DNA of 64,000 nucleotides from Azolla caroliniana (Eukaryota; Plantae; Polypodiophyta): NCBI GenBank assembly GCA_043228905.1, contig JBHGNT010000009.1, positions 21,018,001 to 21,082,000 of the forward strand, read 5' to 3'. Shown piece by piece: positions 62,460 to 64,000 of this stretch (position 1 is its first letter; each line of letters starts with the position of its first letter). The notes under the pieces were generated by a model. It saw only the letters and a program-made list of their open reading frames with translations, ran no database searches and was not told where the DNA came from. The position numbers and the translations under genes were made by a program.

Positions 62460-63710
62460 TGCATGCTCTACTCATCAGTTAGTCACCACTACGACTAGAT
62501 AACCATGAATGTTTAGTCTAAAACATGAACAATAAAAAGTCAAATGTGACCTATCAACTCCAATGACATAGTACATAACATATAGATGTTACGATGCTAA
62601 TACTATCAAAAAGCTAAAACAATTAATAAAAGCTCACAATTGTGGTAAATGTTATGAAATATTGGAGTTGTTATCCAAATGTTGAAATATCATATAATAC
62701 ATAAGAAATAATAATGAGATTGAAGACTATAGCAATGCCTTCTCCATTGTTGCATATGCACTAGCTAGCATTTTTGTCCATAATTCTACTCGTAACTCAA
62801 ATACTTGCATGCTCTAATCATAAGTTACCAACTAGAACGAGATAACCATGCATGCCTAGTCTAAAACTTGAACAATAAAAACTCAAATGTGATTGGCCAA
62901 CTCGAATGATGTAGTGCATAATATATAGAGGTTAAGATTTTAATATGTTGAGCGGACAAGCTCAACCGAATCCGAATCATATTCGGATAATATTCAGAAT
63001 CAAGAGCCGGACTGAAGTATGAACCTGAAGGCTATTATGAGCCTACACTTCTAGACTACTAGGCATGTCTTCGTAGTTAGTGTAAGCCACTCGTATGAGC
63101 ATTGAAGTACATAGTACTTCTTTCAATCCTTTTAAGGACTTGTATAAATAGTGTTGTGGAACCACGTTATATGTACAGAGTGTTGTTATTTTTTAATATA
63201 GTTTTAATGTTCTGCTCTCTCATGTGTATTCTCTATGCAGAGTTAACATTAGACCTTCTCTACATTCTATTGCTACCCGATTGAGCCGGTTTTGTCTTAG
63301 CTTGTGCAAGCGTATTCTTTTACAAAATAGTATTAGAAAGCTAGAACATTTACAATTAGAGTATACCCTTTGTAATTTACTCACCAACTACTTCGACGTA
63401 ATTGTTAATGGTTGGAATAAAACACGAACATTAAAAATTCAAAAGCGGCCGACCAACTCCAATGATGGACACAACATATAGGTTAAGATGTTAGTAGTAT
63501 TAGAAAGCTAAAACATTTAATAATAGCTCATGTTTGTGCTAAATGCTATAAACTGTTGCGACAGTTGTTATCCAAATGTTGCAATGTCATATAATACATA
63601 AGAAATAATACGAGATTGAAGGCTGTCACAATCCCTTCTCCATTGTTGCATGTGCACTAGTGTGCATTTTCTTACATGATTCTTCTGCCCATAACTCAAA
63701 TGCTTGGTAT
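62460..63710. repeat. Degenerate tandem repeat of about 350 bp
   Basis: Repeated GATAACCATG..TAGTCTAAAAC.TGAACAATAAAAA and GTTGTTATCCAAATGTTG..ACATAAGAAATA..GAGATTGAAG segments. Confidence 0.7.
62946..63327 (+). mobile_element. Solo LTR inserted in the tandem repeat
   Basis: Starts TGTTGAG, has TATA TATAAATAG at about 63144, and has an imperfect TSD TAATA/TAGTA. The host repeat rejoins when it is removed. Confidence 0.6.
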
Positions 63711-64000
63711 GCAGACTCTAGTGCACCCGTTAAGTAAAACATCCTTTGACTCTAGGACCTGAAAGTAAGAAGTGCACCCGCTAAGTAAAACACCCTTGAC
63801 AACCATCAATAATGTGTCATTTATGAAGCATCCAAACCAAAGATGTTCATTCCTGGGTTGGAAGGTTGTAGAAAACGAAGAATATGTTGTTGATATGATA
63901 GTGGTCGTTATTTTGGCACCATGAACAGATTGTAAATGTGCAAGATGATCTTCTTGTGGCATTAAATCAACACACTCTCTTGCTGAGAAACTGTGAGCAC

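Overview
TE-rich plant nuclear DNA, most likely from a fern or other non-seed land plant (inferred from the intronless PLS-class PPR gene and the TE types). Host genes: a 10-exon plastid-type double START/polyketide-cyclase gene (892-9295, -), an intact PLS-PPR gene with an adjacent PPR pseudogene, and a duplicated amaranthin-type lectin locus. That locus has a short intact copy at 32163-32759 and an amaranthin+aerolysin-like pseudogene at about 53597-61007 broken by a Copia element. The main finding is a decayed two-gene module at about 37.5-50.3 kb. A Sola-like DD(D/E) transposase (+, split by a Gypsy) sits head-to-head with a spliced gene encoding a ParB/Srx-like domain fused to a bacterial-type beta-class N6-adenine/N4-cytosine DNA methyltransferase (DIPY...QKP...VLDLFSGT). 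Three 39-bp palindromes lie between the two genes. Other notable structures: a LINE with a twin-priming-type 5' inversion and a 15-bp TSD; a 3.86-kb chimeric insertion bounded by two inverted LTR U5 ends with a 4-bp TSD; and a tRNA-Trp-primed Gypsy with a candidate -1 ribosomal frameshift signal. All calls come from manual reading; no database searches were run.
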